64,000 nucleotides of DNA from Parcubacteria group bacterium M10-OD1-1 (lineage in GTDB: Bacteria > Patescibacteriota > Minisyncoccia > Moranbacterales > UBA2206). A model generated the notes under the pieces. That model saw only the letters and a list, made by a program, of their open reading frames with translations. It made no database searches and was not told where the DNA came from. The DNA lies in NCBI GenBank assembly GCA_003056145.1, contig LSNL01000002.1, positions 36,369-100,368 on the forward strand, in the 5' to 3' direction. This document shows, in pieces, positions 9,866 through 20,768 of this stretch. The position numbers and the translations under genes were made by a program. Each line of letters opens with the position of its first letter. Within the stretch, counting starts at the first letter, position 1.

Positions 9866-10468
9866 ATGAAATTATTTACTAAAGAAAAAATTCCTGCCAA
9901 GCATCTTCTTAAACATGAAACTAAAAAACAAGCTTTATTAAAGTTTTCTTTATTGTTGCTAGTTTTTTTAGCGTATGGAGGATTTATATCTTGGAAATAT
10001 GGGATGGCGCAAGGATTTTGGGTTTCTATTTTAACTTGGTCTTTTTTTGTTTTGAGTACTCCAGTCGCTGATGCTGGTTTTTTAATCAGTTTTCCAGTAC
10101 GACTTATTATTCAAATGAGAATGTTGGTATCTCAGATTATCGTTTGGTTTGTAGCGGTTTTTTTAAATATTTATACTTTCTTTTTGGTTCCAGACATTTA
10201 TAATAAAACTGATTTACTAAAACTTTTTTATCATATTATTGCTAAACCGATTCCTTTTTGGTTAATCTTTCTAATTTCAGCGATTGGGACGATTGTCTCT
10301 ATTCAATTTGGAGATGAGTTAATGGACACTGAGTTTCATAAAGACCGGGTTTTTTATCAGAAGCATAGAAAAAAGAATAAGTTTTTAATTATGATTTTTT
10401 TATTTATAATTGCTTTTATCTTATATAATTTCTTACTTAAACAATTAGGAATTCATATTTTAAGCTAA
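9866..10468 (+). CDS. Integral membrane protein, unknown function
   Basis: 200 aa with 5-6 predicted transmembrane helices. Confidence 0.4.
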   Translation: MKLFTKEKIPAKHLLKHETKKQALLKFSLLLLVFLAYGGFISWKYGMAQGFWVSILTWSFFVLSTPVADAGFLISFPVRLIIQMRMLVSQIIVWFVAVFLNIYTFFLVPDIYNKTDLLKLFYHIIAKPIPFWLIFLISAIGTIVSIQFGDELMDTEFHKDRVFYQKHRKKNKFLIMIFLFIIAFILYNFLLKQLGIHILS

Positions 10469-10576
10469 AATTTTAGTTGAATTTTTTTTTCTTTTAAGGT
10501 ATTCTTTAATAAAGCAGGCTTATCTTGTACTTGGTATAAGTTTGCTGTTAATATAAATTTTAGAAAGTTAAATAAT

Positions 10577-11557
10577 ATGCGAAAAATACTTATAGTTGGT
10601 GCTAAGGGAATGCTCGGACAGGAGCTAGTAAAAGCCTTTAAAAAGGATAAAGAAAATAAAGTTATTGCTTGGGACAAAGAAGATTTGAATATCTCTAGCG
10701 AAAAAGAGGTTAGTAAAAAAATAGGGTTTACAAAACCTAATATTATTATCAACGCTACCGCTTATAACGCTGTTGATAAGTGTGAGGAGGATAAAAAGGA
10801 GTATGCTATTGCTAGGAAAATCAATGGCTTGGCTCCTGGCTATTTAGCTAGAGCTGCCAAAAAAGCTAAGGCGATTTTAGTACATTATTCCACAGACTAT
10901 GTTTTTAATGGCGAACCAGAAATTCCAGAGCCAGAAGGCTGTTCTCAATCGTGTTCTTCTTGTTCACTTCATGCCGATTTTCAACCGGAAATTGGTTTTG
11001 ATGAAAAAGCTAAACCAAAGCCAATTTCTCAATACGGAAAAACTAAATTGCTTGGAGAAAAAGAAGTTGAGAAGAATATAAAAAAATTCTATTTAATAAG
11101 AACTTCTAGATTATTTGGTCAACCAAATTTGGCTCAAGAAGGCACAAAAAGTTTTTTTGAAATAATGATAGAGTTAGGTAAAAGAAAAAAGAAAATTGAA
11201 GTTGTTGATGAGGAAGCTAGCTGTTTTACTTATGTACCAGATTTAGTGAAAAAAACTAAAGAAATTGTTGATTCCCAAAAACCATTTGGTATCTATCACA
11301 TTGTTAATCGCTTTCCTTGTACTTGGTATGAAGCAGTTGTCTTTTTATATGAAAAAGCCAAAATAAAAGCTGAAGTTATTCCAGTTTCTTCCGAAGAATT
11401 TCCGCGTCCAGCTAAAAGACCGTATTATTCGGTCCTCGTTAATACTAAACTTAATCCATTGCGAGATTGGCGCGAAACTTTGGATGAGTACTTAAAAATT
11501 ATAGTACCAGTTAAGAAAAAAGTTTTAGCGAAAAAGAAAACATCAGCGAAAAAATAA
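10577..11557 (+). CDS. rfbD: dTDP-4-dehydrorhamnose reductase (RmlD) with internal Cys-rich insertion and Lys-rich tail
   Basis: N-terminal Rossmann ILIVGAKGMLG. HYSTDYVF...YGKTKLLGEK matches the RmlD catalytic Y-x3-K region. A ~25-aa insert (PEGCSQSCSSCSLHADFQPEIGFDE) is absent from canonical RmlD. Confidence 0.7.
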   Translation: MRKILIVGAKGMLGQELVKAFKKDKENKVIAWDKEDLNISSEKEVSKKIGFTKPNIIINATAYNAVDKCEEDKKEYAIARKINGLAPGYLARAAKKAKAILVHYSTDYVFNGEPEIPEPEGCSQSCSSCSLHADFQPEIGFDEKAKPKPISQYGKTKLLGEKEVEKNIKKFYLIRTSRLFGQPNLAQEGTKSFFEIMIELGKRKKKIEVVDEEASCFTYVPDLVKKTKEIVDSQKPFGIYHIVNRFPCTWYEAVVFLYEKAKIKAEVIPVSSEEFPRPAKRPYYSVLVNTKLNPLRDWRETLDEYLKIIVPVKKKVLAKKKTSAKK

Positions 11558-11583
11558 ATTTGTAAAAATTAAATTTAGGATAT

Positions 11584-12819
11584 ATGAAGAATCTAAAAAA
11601 ACAAGATAGAGAAGTGTATAAGTCAATTATGGGCGAGCTTAAGCGTCAGCAAGAAGGTATGGAGTTGATTGCTAGTGAAAACTATGTTTCGGAAGCTGTT
11701 TTGGAAGCCCTAGGTTCTGTTTTTACTAATAAATATAGTGAAGGGTATCCTGGGAAAAGATATTATGGAGGACAGGAATACACAGATGTGGTCGAGAATT
11801 TGGCGATTAAAAGAGCGAAAAAACTTTTTCAAGCTGAACATGTTAATGTGCAACCCCTTTCTGGCGCACCAGCTAATATGATTGCTTATATGGCGCTTTT
11901 ACAACCAGGTGATACCATTTTAGGAATGGATTTATCGCATGGAGGACATCTAACTCATGGTCATCCAGTAACTTTAAGTGCGCAAATTTATAATTTTGTT
12001 AGATATAAAACTAAAAAAAATGGCTTAATAGACTACAAGGAGTTGGAAGCAATGGCCATAAAACATAAGCCAAAATTAATTTTAGCTGGATTTTCGGCTT
12101 ATACAAGACAACTTAATTATGCTAAATTTCGTTCTATTGCTAAAAAAGTAGGAGCAATAACTATGATGGATATGGCACATATTGCTGGTTTGGTAGCTGG
12201 AAAAGTGATTACTAATCCAGTCCCTTATTTTGATGTAGTAACAACTACAACTCACAAAACCTTAAGAGGTCCACGAGGAGGAATGATTTTGTGTAAGGAA
12301 AAATATGCTCAAGCTATTGATAAAGCTCTTTTCCCTGGCTTTCAAGGTGGGCCACATGAAAATAATATTGCTGGCAAAGCAGTCGCCTTTGGAGAAGCTT
12401 TGAAGCCATCTTTCAAAAGATATGCTCAACAAATTCTCAAAAACGCTAAAACTTTGGAGAAAGAATTGAAAAAATATGGGTTCAAATTGATGTTTGGTGG
12501 AACGGATAATCATATGGTTTTAGTTGATGTTTTTGGCTCTAAAGGAATAAGTGGTAAAGAAGCGGAAGTTGCTTTAGATAAAGTAGGCATAACTTTAAAT
12601 AAAAATATGATTCCTGATGATCCGAGAAAACCTCTTGATCCTAGCGGAGTAAGAATTGGCGTTCCAGCTATTACAACTAGAGGAATGAAAGAAAAAGAAA
12701 TTAAAAAAATTGCTAATTGGATTAATGATGCTTTAGAAAATCATCAAGATACTAAAAAATTAAAACTAATTCATAAAGAAGTCATTAGCCTTTGTAAAAA
12801 GTTTCCTCTTTATAAATAA
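11584..12819 (+). CDS. glyA: Serine hydroxymethyltransferase
   Basis: [36 protein letters not shown], with the PLP-lysine region [14 protein letters not shown]. Confidence 0.95.
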   Translation: MKNLKKQDREVYKSIMGELKRQQEGMELIASENYVSEAVLEALGSVFTNKYSEGYPGKRYYGGQEYTDVVENLAIKRAKKLFQAEHVNVQPLSGAPANMIAYMALLQPGDTILGMDLSHGGHLTHGHPVTLSAQIYNFVRYKTKKNGLIDYKELEAMAIKHKPKLILAGFSAYTRQLNYAKFRSIAKKVGAITMMDMAHIAGLVAGKVITNPVPYFDVVTTTTHKTLRGPRGGMILCKEKYAQAIDKALFPGFQGGPHENNIAGKAVAFGEALKPSFKRYAQQILKNAKTLEKELKKYGFKLMFGGTDNHMVLVDVFGSKGISGKEAEVALDKVGITLNKNMIPDDPRKPLDPSGVRIGVPAITTRGMKEKEIKKIANWINDALENHQDTKKLKLIHKEVISLCKKFPLYK

Positions 12820-12855
12820 ATCAATCAATTAAAAATAATTTTTTAAGTTAATTAA

Positions 12856-13653
12856 ATGAAAGGAATAATATTATCAGGAGGTACAGCCACTAGGCTTTTT
12901 CCTTTAACTGCTACTACTTCCAAACAACTCTTGCCAGTTTATAATCGGCAGATGATTTTTTATTCTCTAAATGTTTTAATTAAAGCAGGCATTAAAGATA
13001 TTCTTATTATCGTGGCTCCTGAACATTCAGGACAATATTTGAATTTATTAGGATCAATCTTTAAGGATTATGGCATTCATTTATATTTTGAAGTGCAAAA
13101 AGTTCCTCGAGGATTAGCTGATGCTTTTATTATCGGAGAGAAATTTATTGATAATGATTCGGTGGCGATGATTTTAGGAGATAATATTTTTGAAAAAGAT
13201 TTCTCAAAAGAAGTTAAAAATTTTCAATCTGGTGGATTGATTTTTGCTAAAAAAGTAAAAGATCCAGAGCGTTTTGGAGTAGTGAAATTTAATCAAGAAA
13301 AGAAAGCGATTAGAATTGTAGAAAAACCTCAACAATGGATTAGTGATTATATTATTCCTGGTTTTTATATTTATGATAATCGAGTATCTAAAGTAGCTAA
13401 AAAAATTAAACCTTCCAAAAGAGGGGAAATAGAAATTACTCAAGTACATAACTATTACCTTAAACAAGGTGAATTAAAAGTTAGTACTTTTCAAGGCGAG
13501 TGGTTAGATGCAGGAACTTTTGATACTCTATTAGAAGCTGGTCAAGTAGTAAAAGAAAAAAAAATCTACAAAAACTTTGATCCTTTAATTGAGAAAGCAA
13601 TAGCTAATTTCAATAAAGAACTGAAAGCCTTAGCTAAGAAAAAATTATTATAA
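12856..13653 (+). CDS. rmlA: Glucose-1-phosphate thymidylyltransferase (RmlA-like, short form)
   Basis: MKGIILSGGTATRLFPLT...SKQLLPVYNRQMIFYSL closely matches the RmlA N-terminus. Confidence 0.75.
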   Translation: MKGIILSGGTATRLFPLTATTSKQLLPVYNRQMIFYSLNVLIKAGIKDILIIVAPEHSGQYLNLLGSIFKDYGIHLYFEVQKVPRGLADAFIIGEKFIDNDSVAMILGDNIFEKDFSKEVKNFQSGGLIFAKKVKDPERFGVVKFNQEKKAIRIVEKPQQWISDYIIPGFYIYDNRVSKVAKKIKPSKRGEIEITQVHNYYLKQGELKVSTFQGEWLDAGTFDTLLEAGQVVKEKKIYKNFDPLIEKAIANFNKELKALAKKKLL

Positions 13654-13673
13654 TTAGTTAGAAAAATAAAAAT

Positions 13674-14537
13674 ATGTCCAAAATTAGAAAAGCGATTATC
13701 GCTGTTGCTGGATCTGGAACAAGACTTTTACCAGCAACTAAATCAATGCCTAAGGAAATGTTGCCGATTGTAGATAAACCTATTATTCAATTAGTTGTTG
13801 AAGAATTAGTGGAGGCAGGAATTGAAGATATTATTTTTGTTACTCGCTGGGATAAAAAACCTTTGGAAGATCATTTTGACCACAGTATCGCGCTAGAAAA
13901 TGATTTAAGAAAAAATGGTAAAGATGATATGGCTGACAAGATTAGCAAAATTGCGGATATGGCTAATTTTATCTATATTCGTCAAAAAGGACCTTACGGC
14001 AATGGAACGCCAGTTCTGTCGGCGGCTAGCTTGGTAGATGACGAACCATTTATGTTTGTGTGGGGGGATGACTTGGTGAAATCAAAAGTTTCTTTTACTA
14101 AAGAAATGGTGGAGGATTATGAAAAGAATGGTAAGTTGATGATTGGCGTGCAAGAGGTGCCAAAGGAAACGGTTAATCGGTATGGGATTGTTAAATTACG
14201 AGCAGGAACAAATGAAATTGAAGATATAGTAGAAAAACCTTCTATTGAAGAAGCTCCAACATGTTTGGCGGATTTTGGTAGAATGATTCTTAATCAAAAA
14301 TTTATTGATATTCTCAAAAAAACTTCCTTAGGTAAAGGGGATGAGCTTTGGATTACGGATGCTATTCGGGAGTATATTCATCAAGGAGGAACTTTTTTAG
14401 CCAAAGAACTTAAGGATGGTAAATGGCTAACAACAGGAGATCCTTTGAATTATTTGAAAGCAACTCTTGCGTATGCTATGGACAGGGAAGATCTAAAAGA
14501 AGATCTCAAAGAATGTATTTCTTTAGCTAGAAAATAA
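13674..14537 (+). CDS. galU: UTP--glucose-1-phosphate uridylyltransferase
   Basis: KAIIAVAGSGTRLLPATKSMPKEMLPIVDKPIIQ matches the GalU signature. Confidence 0.8.
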   Translation: MSKIRKAIIAVAGSGTRLLPATKSMPKEMLPIVDKPIIQLVVEELVEAGIEDIIFVTRWDKKPLEDHFDHSIALENDLRKNGKDDMADKISKIADMANFIYIRQKGPYGNGTPVLSAASLVDDEPFMFVWGDDLVKSKVSFTKEMVEDYEKNGKLMIGVQEVPKETVNRYGIVKLRAGTNEIEDIVEKPSIEEAPTCLADFGRMILNQKFIDILKKTSLGKGDELWITDAIREYIHQGGTFLAKELKDGKWLTTGDPLNYLKATLAYAMDREDLKEDLKECISLARK

Positions 14538-15668
14538 ATGAAAATTGCTATCCAAACAGCTGATTTAGACGCTGAGAGAATTGATGGAACTAGAGTTTAT
14601 ATCTTAAATTTATTAAAATACTTTGGTCAATTAGATAAAAAAAGTATTTTTTGGCTTTATCATAAAAATAATTTTAATTCTGAATTAACTCCTCCCAACT
14701 TTCCTAATTATAAAGTTAAGAGAATTAAAACTTGGTTTTTTGGTACGCAGATTGGTCTTTGTTGGCGGATTAATAAAGATCGTCCAGATGTTTTGTGGAT
14801 GCCAATGCATAACGCTCCATTTTTTTTAAAGAAAGATATCAAAATATTTGTTACTATTCACGACCTAGCTTTTAAGTATTTTCCTCAGCATTTTACTAAG
14901 AGAGATTTAAGAAAACTCAATTTATTAGCCAAGTTAGCTATTCATAAAAGTCACAAAATCATTGCTATTTCAGAATCAACCAAAAAAGATATTTTAAAAT
15001 TTTATCCAGAAATACCTGAAGAGAAAGTGAAGGTTATTTATCATGGCTTTGATAGAACTCTTTTTCAAAAATCAAAAAATTTCATTAAAGATGGCTTAGT
15101 CCAAAAGAAATTCAAAATTAAAAAAGATTATATTATTTATGTGGGAGCTATTCAACCAAGAAAAAATTTAAAAGTTTTAATTGAAGCTTTTAATTTACTT
15201 AAATCGGATAAAAAGATTAAATCAATGATGCAGGATAGGCAGTTAGTTTTCGCGGGAGAAAAAGCTTGGCTTTACGAAGAAATATTAAAAGAAAAAGAAA
15301 AAAGTCCCTATAAAAATGATATTTTGATTACAGGCAAAATAGATTTTTCAGCAATGAGTCAATTGTTAGAAGGAGCTAGTGTTTTTGTTTATCCTTCACT
15401 TTACGAGGGTTTTGGAATTCCAGTTTTAGAAGCGATGGCTTCTCAAGTTCCAGTTATTGTAGCTAAAAATTCTAGCTTGGTGGAAGTTGGGGGCGAGGCA
15501 GTTAGCTATTTTAAAACTGAAAAATCTGATGACTTATATCAAAAAATAAAAGAAATTTTAACCAATAAAGAATTGGCTGAAAAGATGCGGAAAAAAGGCT
15601 TAAGACAAGTGGAAAAATTTTCCTGGGAAAAATGCGCAAGAGAAACTCTAAATTATTTTAAAAGTTAA
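14538..15668 (+). CDS. GT4 (group 1) glycosyltransferase
   Basis: C-terminal EGFGIPVLEAMASQVPVI motif. Start overlaps the galU stop. Confidence 0.75.
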   Translation: MKIAIQTADLDAERIDGTRVYILNLLKYFGQLDKKSIFWLYHKNNFNSELTPPNFPNYKVKRIKTWFFGTQIGLCWRINKDRPDVLWMPMHNAPFFLKKDIKIFVTIHDLAFKYFPQHFTKRDLRKLNLLAKLAIHKSHKIIAISESTKKDILKFYPEIPEEKVKVIYHGFDRTLFQKSKNFIKDGLVQKKFKIKKDYIIYVGAIQPRKNLKVLIEAFNLLKSDKKIKSMMQDRQLVFAGEKAWLYEEILKEKEKSPYKNDILITGKIDFSAMSQLLEGASVFVYPSLYEGFGIPVLEAMASQVPVIVAKNSSLVEVGGEAVSYFKTEKSDDLYQKIKEILTNKELAEKMRKKGLRQVEKFSWEKCARETLNYFKS

Positions 15669-15682
15669 TGAGATTAAGCTTT

Positions 15683-16075
15683 CTAACTATTAACTTCCAA
15701 AAATTCTTGATATAAAAAGTAACTAATTAGCAAAGCTAAGAAAAGAATAATAATAGCTAAAAAAATATTTAGTTTAAGAAGGCTATTAAAAATTAGTAAG
15801 CTAAAGAGAACTGTTAAAAAAAGAACAGTTTTTTTGTTGGTTTGATTAGTCGGGAAATTAATTTTTAAATAATGACCTAAAAAATAAAGAGTCAATAAAT
15901 TAAGAGCTAAAAGAAAAATTATTTTTAAAAAGCTAATATGAGAAGTAATAATTCCAGGGAGTAAGCTTTCAATTACTAAAGTAAAAGTAAAGAAAATTAA
16001 AACTAAAAATAATAAATCAGTGAGTAATTTATAAGCTAGTAATAATAAATTTTTATTTAACATGAATTTGAACAT
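15683..16075 (-). CDS. Small integral membrane protein
   Basis: 130 aa with 4 hydrophobic segments. Last gene of the minus-strand operon. Confidence 0.35.
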   Translation of the reverse strand: MFKFMLNKNLLLLAYKLLTDLLFLVLIFFTFTLVIESLLPGIITSHISFLKIIFLLALNLLTLYFLGHYLKINFPTNQTNKKTVLFLTVLFSLLIFNSLLKLNIFLAIIILFLALLISYFLYQEFLEVNS

Positions 16076-17393
16076 AATTTCCTATAATTTTATAAAATAA
16101 ATTTTTCAAAGAGTTTTTTAAATTTAGTTTTGTGAAATCTTTTTTAAAATCTAAATTAATAAAACTTAATTGAATATTTTTTGGAGGAGAAACTTTAAAT
16201 TCATAATCATGACCAATCAAGTTTGCTAATTGTTGAGTGGTTGTTTCACAAGAATAAGTAGATGAGCTGAGTAAGTCCTTTTTTAAATAGCAGGAAAGCA
16301 TAGTCGTCAAGCTTTTTCCAGAGATTAGGATCGGACCTTTAAATAGCCAAGAATTGGCAATAGCGGGAGTAGGCAAAAGATGTTTCTGGTGATTTTTTAT
16401 CAAATAATAATGAGAATTTTCTAATACTTTAAAAATTGTTCCAGTCGGATGGACACCCTTGATATTAAAAAGTTTACCTTTTTTATAAATGGCTAATTCA
16501 TTTTCATTGATTGGAATTATATTCTTCCATTGCCAGCCCTTACTTTCAAAAGTCTGGGCATTATTGATGGGATAAAAAACTCCTTGGCTTAAAATATACA
16601 CCGAGATACCTCGTGAAACTAATGTTCCATCAGCAAAGCCAATAGAGTTTTTTGCTAAAGGATATTTTTTTAAAAAAGAAATATTTTTTTCAATACTTTG
16701 CTGTGCTTGGTAACGAGTTTTAAAAGCTTGTGTACTAACAAATTTTTCTAATCTTTGGTTGACTAATAGATAATAATCAGTATTGATTTTAAAAATAGTA
16801 GAATTAGGATATTGTTGAAAACTAGTTATTGGAGAGCCTAAAGGATTATATTTTAAATCTTGAGGAGTAACTGTTTGAAAACTTTTTAAATTATAGCCTA
16901 ATTTTTTTAAAATATTTAGCTGGGAGAACTCTCTTAAATGTCCATCAGAAATTAAATAAAAATGTTGATTATTTTTTAAAAGGGAGCCATCTCTAAAACC
17001 AATAGGGGAACCTTTTTTATAAAGAAAAGCTTGATAGGATTTGCGAAGACTGACTGCTAAGTGAGTTAAATTACTAGATTGGTGAAGCGTGGTTAAAGTT
17101 ATTTTAATTTTTGAATAACCATCGGCTAAATTGGCATCAAAAGATAAAGAAGAATTAGCCGGAACCACTCCATTATAATCAGGATGTGATTTATTTAATA
17201 GAGGAATTGAAAGTGAATTTTTATTAGAATGAGGGTTTAAAAAAGAGAAAGCATAATATTTATGAGGAAACAAAATTAAGTAAGCTAAGTAGAAGGTTAT
17301 AGAAATAGCTAAAATATATAAAACTAAGCGAAGCTTTTTATAGAGTGATTGATAGTGAGGATTTAATTGAATTTCTTTAGTTAAATCAAGCAT
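16053..17393 (-). CDS. Membrane-anchored extracytoplasmic protein, unknown function
   Basis: Single N-terminal TM helix, then a 400-aa soluble domain. Overlaps neighbouring genes, suggesting an operon. Confidence 0.4.
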   Translation of the reverse strand: MLDLTKEIQLNPHYQSLYKKLRLVLYILAISITFYLAYLILFPHKYYAFSFLNPHSNKNSLSIPLLNKSHPDYNGVVPANSSLSFDANLADGYSKIKITLTTLHQSSNLTHLAVSLRKSYQAFLYKKGSPIGFRDGSLLKNNQHFYLISDGHLREFSQLNILKKLGYNLKSFQTVTPQDLKYNPLGSPITSFQQYPNSTIFKINTDYYLLVNQRLEKFVSTQAFKTRYQAQQSIEKNISFLKKYPLAKNSIGFADGTLVSRGISVYILSQGVFYPINNAQTFESKGWQWKNIIPINENELAIYKKGKLFNIKGVHPTGTIFKVLENSHYYLIKNHQKHLLPTPAIANSWLFKGPILISGKSLTTMLSCYLKKDLLSSSTYSCETTTQQLANLIGHDYEFKVSPPKNIQLSFINLDFKKDFTKLNLKNSLKNLFYKIIGNYVQIHVK

Positions 17394-17394
17394 A

Positions 17395-19254
17395 TTATTT
17401 AGTTAACAAATAAATTTCACCATAGCTGTAATTTTTTTGATAAGAAGGAAATTTTATTGGTTGTTGGTAGAGATATTTTTTATTGGTTGAAGGAATAATG
17501 TTAAAAGAGTTTAGTTTAAAAGAATAAGCTTGAATAGGAATTATTTTTTTGATTAAATTATCTTTTTGGTAGAAACCGATTCTTTGATCAGGGATAACAA
17601 AATAAACTTTATGAAATTTTTGAAGATTGATTTTAGCTAAATCGTCAGGGTTAAAAAAGTAAACAGCTTGTTTTCCGAAGATAGAATAAAGTGGTTCATC
17701 CATCATTGCCCAGGGATTACCAGTAGCCTCTCTATCAACTAGTATTAAATCATTTTTTTGAAAAAGGGTACTGATGTTTTTGATCTGGGGGAGTAAATTT
17801 TTATTGGCTGATTTTTTAAGGAAAGGCATAAAAACTAGGAGATTAGAAAATATCAATAAAATGCTAAAACTGTAAAAATAGAAGCGTTTTTTTTGAAAAA
17901 AAGTAGCTAAAAAAATCATAGAATATAAAATAGTAACAGGAATAATAGAAAAAACATAACGTCTTAGTATCCAAGGATGGTCCAAAGAAATACTAGGGTT
18001 TAGGAGATAAATAAAAGCTGGCAGAAGAATAAAGAAAGGAATTAGTAGCTGGAATTTTTTATTTTTTAAAAAATAAAAAATTCCAGCTAGACCAATCAAT
18101 AAATAATTTATTAAAGCATAAAGAGCAAAAACTCGAAGTAAATAAAAAGTTCCAGCTAGGGGATAAGAAGAATTAACTAAATCGTTTTTGTAAAAATGAA
18201 GTGAATTTAAAAAACCCTTTAAGAAGACAATATAAAAAGCGGTATTTATTTTCAGACTTAATAAAAAGAAAAATAAAATAGTTCCTAAGGTTAAGAGTAT
18301 TTTTTTATTAAAAATTAAATTGAAAAAGGCAGGTGCTTTTTTCAATTGAAAAAATAAAACTAAGAGTAACATAGCTAAAAAAGCTAGAGATTCAATCCTA
18401 CAAAAAGTTAAAAGTCCAAAAGTTAAAAGAGAAAGGATTAAATAAAATTTTTCCTGACTTTTGAGAAATAATAAAAATTCCCAGATGCCAAACCAAACTA
18501 AAAAGAGAGCCAGATTTTCGCTAAGAGTATATTTAGCTAGCCAAGAAAAAATAAAAGAAGAGGCGATTACTAGAAAAGTAATCAAAGCTGGCTTTGAAGA
18601 AAGATAATTTCTAGCAGTTAAATAAAAGAAAATGAAAAAGAGAAAAAGAGTTAAGCTATTAGCAATAATCAGCCCATTAAGACCAAAAAGAGAATAAAAA
18701 ATAGCTAGCCACGAAGTATAGCCTAAAGGAAAATGAGTGATTAGATTGCCAGCTTTATCGTAATTAAAGCCAGGAAAATTAAGTGCTTTACCAGCTCCAT
18801 AAATCTTGAAAAATTCTTTTTCAGCCGGAAAATTAAATTTTAACTGATGATTTTGAGAAAGATTAATAGCGGTATTACTAAGCGAGCCTTGGTCGCGACC
18901 AGAAAAAACCGAAGGAGTTGTATAATGAGCTACTAAAATAACCAATAAAAAAGAGAATCCAAATACAAAGAAAAAATTTTTCTGGAAAACAAATTTATGG
19001 CGGTTAATCTTAGCAATATAGATTAAAATCACACCCATAATAATAGCAACGGTGACTATTAAAGAAATATAGAAAAAATTAAAAAAAGTTAAAATTAAAG
19101 CTAGCCAACCAAGCCCAACCCAAAAAAAACCAAGGAAAGAAAGATATTTTATACTGGCACTATTTTTCATAAAATATTTTTTACTAACTAATACGCTCAT
19201 TATAGCTTTAAAGTGTTTCTTTGCCAATCTTTGATTTATGGGGTAAAATTGCAA
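17395..19254 (-). CDS. Large polytopic membrane protein, probable GT-C glycosyltransferase (PMT_2/ArnT-like)
   Basis: 619 aa with more than 12 TM helices. A loop segment (FPLGYTSWLAIFYSLFG...) is typical of ArnT/PMT-family enzymes. Confidence 0.45.
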   Translation of the reverse strand: MQFYPINQRLAKKHFKAIMSVLVSKKYFMKNSASIKYLSFLGFFWVGLGWLALILTFFNFFYISLIVTVAIIMGVILIYIAKINRHKFVFQKNFFFVFGFSFLLVILVAHYTTPSVFSGRDQGSLSNTAINLSQNHQLKFNFPAEKEFFKIYGAGKALNFPGFNYDKAGNLITHFPLGYTSWLAIFYSLFGLNGLIIANSLTLFLFFIFFYLTARNYLSSKPALITFLVIASSFIFSWLAKYTLSENLALFLVWFGIWEFLLFLKSQEKFYLILSLLTFGLLTFCRIESLAFLAMLLLVLFFQLKKAPAFFNLIFNKKILLTLGTILFFFLLSLKINTAFYIVFLKGFLNSLHFYKNDLVNSSYPLAGTFYLLRVFALYALINYLLIGLAGIFYFLKNKKFQLLIPFFILLPAFIYLLNPSISLDHPWILRRYVFSIIPVTILYSMIFLATFFQKKRFYFYSFSILLIFSNLLVFMPFLKKSANKNLLPQIKNISTLFQKNDLILVDREATGNPWAMMDEPLYSIFGKQAVYFFNPDDLAKINLQKFHKVYFVIPDQRIGFYQKDNLIKKIIPIQAYSFKLNSFNIIPSTNKKYLYQQPIKFPSYQKNYSYGEIYLLTK

Positions 19255-19340
19255 TGTATTTTTATTTCTCTGACTGGAAATTGGTTTTTAGAAAAATAAC
19301 TAAATAAAATTCTTAAATAATTAATTAACAGAAAGTTTTA

Positions 19341-20723
19341 ATGCTTAAAAAATTAACGAAAAAAAGGGTTGTAGTCTTTGTGCTTTTTTTGGCTTTAGCT
19401 GGGGTCAGTTTATATCTTTATTCTTTTGCTAAATCTAATAAAAAAATAATTGGAATTAAATCTTTGTCGGTTTTGAATAGTATGTCAAGATTTTTACCAA
19501 TTCCGAATGACGAAAAAGAAGAATTAAAAGTTATTAATAAACTAGTTAAAAATTTCACAATTAAAGATAATCAAACTCGGAGTTTTATCGTTTTTTTACA
19601 AAATAATATGGAACTCCGTCCAGGCGGAGGTTTCTTAGGTCAATACGCTATCCTGAAAGTTAGAAATGGGAAGGTAGTTTCTAGTTATTTAGAAGACGCT
19701 AATTTATTAGATCAAAGAATTAAAACTAAAGTTATCCCTCCGTATCCATTTAGGACAAAAATGCAAATTAGAAAATGGAAATTTAGAGATTCTAATTTTT
19801 CGCCTGATTTTCCAACTAATGTCAGGAAAGCAGAGTATTTCTATCGCTTAGCAGGGAGAGCTAGCAATTTTGATGGAGCAATTGCGGTCAATACGGATGT
19901 TTTTAATGATATTCTAGCTCTAACTGGACCTATTACGGTGCCCGGATATAATGTAACTTTTAATAGTCAGGACGGAGCTTTAAAACTAGAATCTTATGTA
20001 GAGAGATATTACATTGAACATCCAGGGGTTGATACTCAAAATAGGAAGTCTATAATGAAACGAATGACACCAATTATAATTAATAGATTATTCAGTTTGG
20101 GCAATATTTCTAAAATAGCCAATTTTGTTCATCAGGAATTTAAAAAAAGGAATATAATGGTTAATTTTAAAGATCCGCAACTTCAATCAGCTGTAGAAAG
20201 TGTTCAATGGGGAGGAAAAGTTAATCAAACTTGGAAAGAAGACTATTTAATGATGGTAGATGCTAATATGGGAGCCTTAAAAACAGATCATTATATGAAA
20301 CGAAAAGTTAATTATAATATTGATTTAACTACACCAAGGCCAACAGTAACTTTAAATATTATTTATAAAAATACAGCTACTCATGGAGATTGGAGAACTA
20401 GTGATTACCATACTTATTTGCGTGTCTATGTGCCGAAAGGTTCAACTTTAGTGGATAGAAAAATGGTCAGTTATCCAATAACTAGAGAAGCTTTTGGTAA
20501 AACTTATTTTGGTTTTATTTGTGATGTTTTAATTAATCACGAAACTAATGTGATAATTAAATATGAATTACCAGCAGATTTTCCTAAAGAAAATTATAAA
20601 TTACTTATTCAAAAACAATCAGGAGTAGGAGGTATTCCAGTCACTGTTCACCTTAAGAATAAAGAGGGAGAATTTACTCAACAACAAATATTGAATAATG
20701 ATTTGAAATTTAAGTTTCAATAA
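19341..20723 (+). CDS. Membrane-anchored extracellular protein with conserved GGGF domain (possibly DUF4012-like), paralog of 26222..28723
   Basis: N-terminal TM helix. LRPGGGFLGQYAILKVRNGKVV...KVIPPYP corresponds to MRATGGFIGSYGLLDIFNGRV...KIVPPAP in the larger paralog. Confidence 0.4.
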   Translation: MLKKLTKKRVVVFVLFLALAGVSLYLYSFAKSNKKIIGIKSLSVLNSMSRFLPIPNDEKEELKVINKLVKNFTIKDNQTRSFIVFLQNNMELRPGGGFLGQYAILKVRNGKVVSSYLEDANLLDQRIKTKVIPPYPFRTKMQIRKWKFRDSNFSPDFPTNVRKAEYFYRLAGRASNFDGAIAVNTDVFNDILALTGPITVPGYNVTFNSQDGALKLESYVERYYIEHPGVDTQNRKSIMKRMTPIIINRLFSLGNISKIANFVHQEFKKRNIMVNFKDPQLQSAVESVQWGGKVNQTWKEDYLMMVDANMGALKTDHYMKRKVNYNIDLTTPRPTVTLNIIYKNTATHGDWRTSDYHTYLRVYVPKGSTLVDRKMVSYPITREAFGKTYFGFICDVLINHETNVIIKYELPADFPKENYKLLIQKQSGVGGIPVTVHLKNKEGEFTQQQILNNDLKFKFQ

Positions 20724-20768
20724 AGAGAAAAAAGTTAGTCGGTTAATTTTTTAATAGCTTAGACTAAG

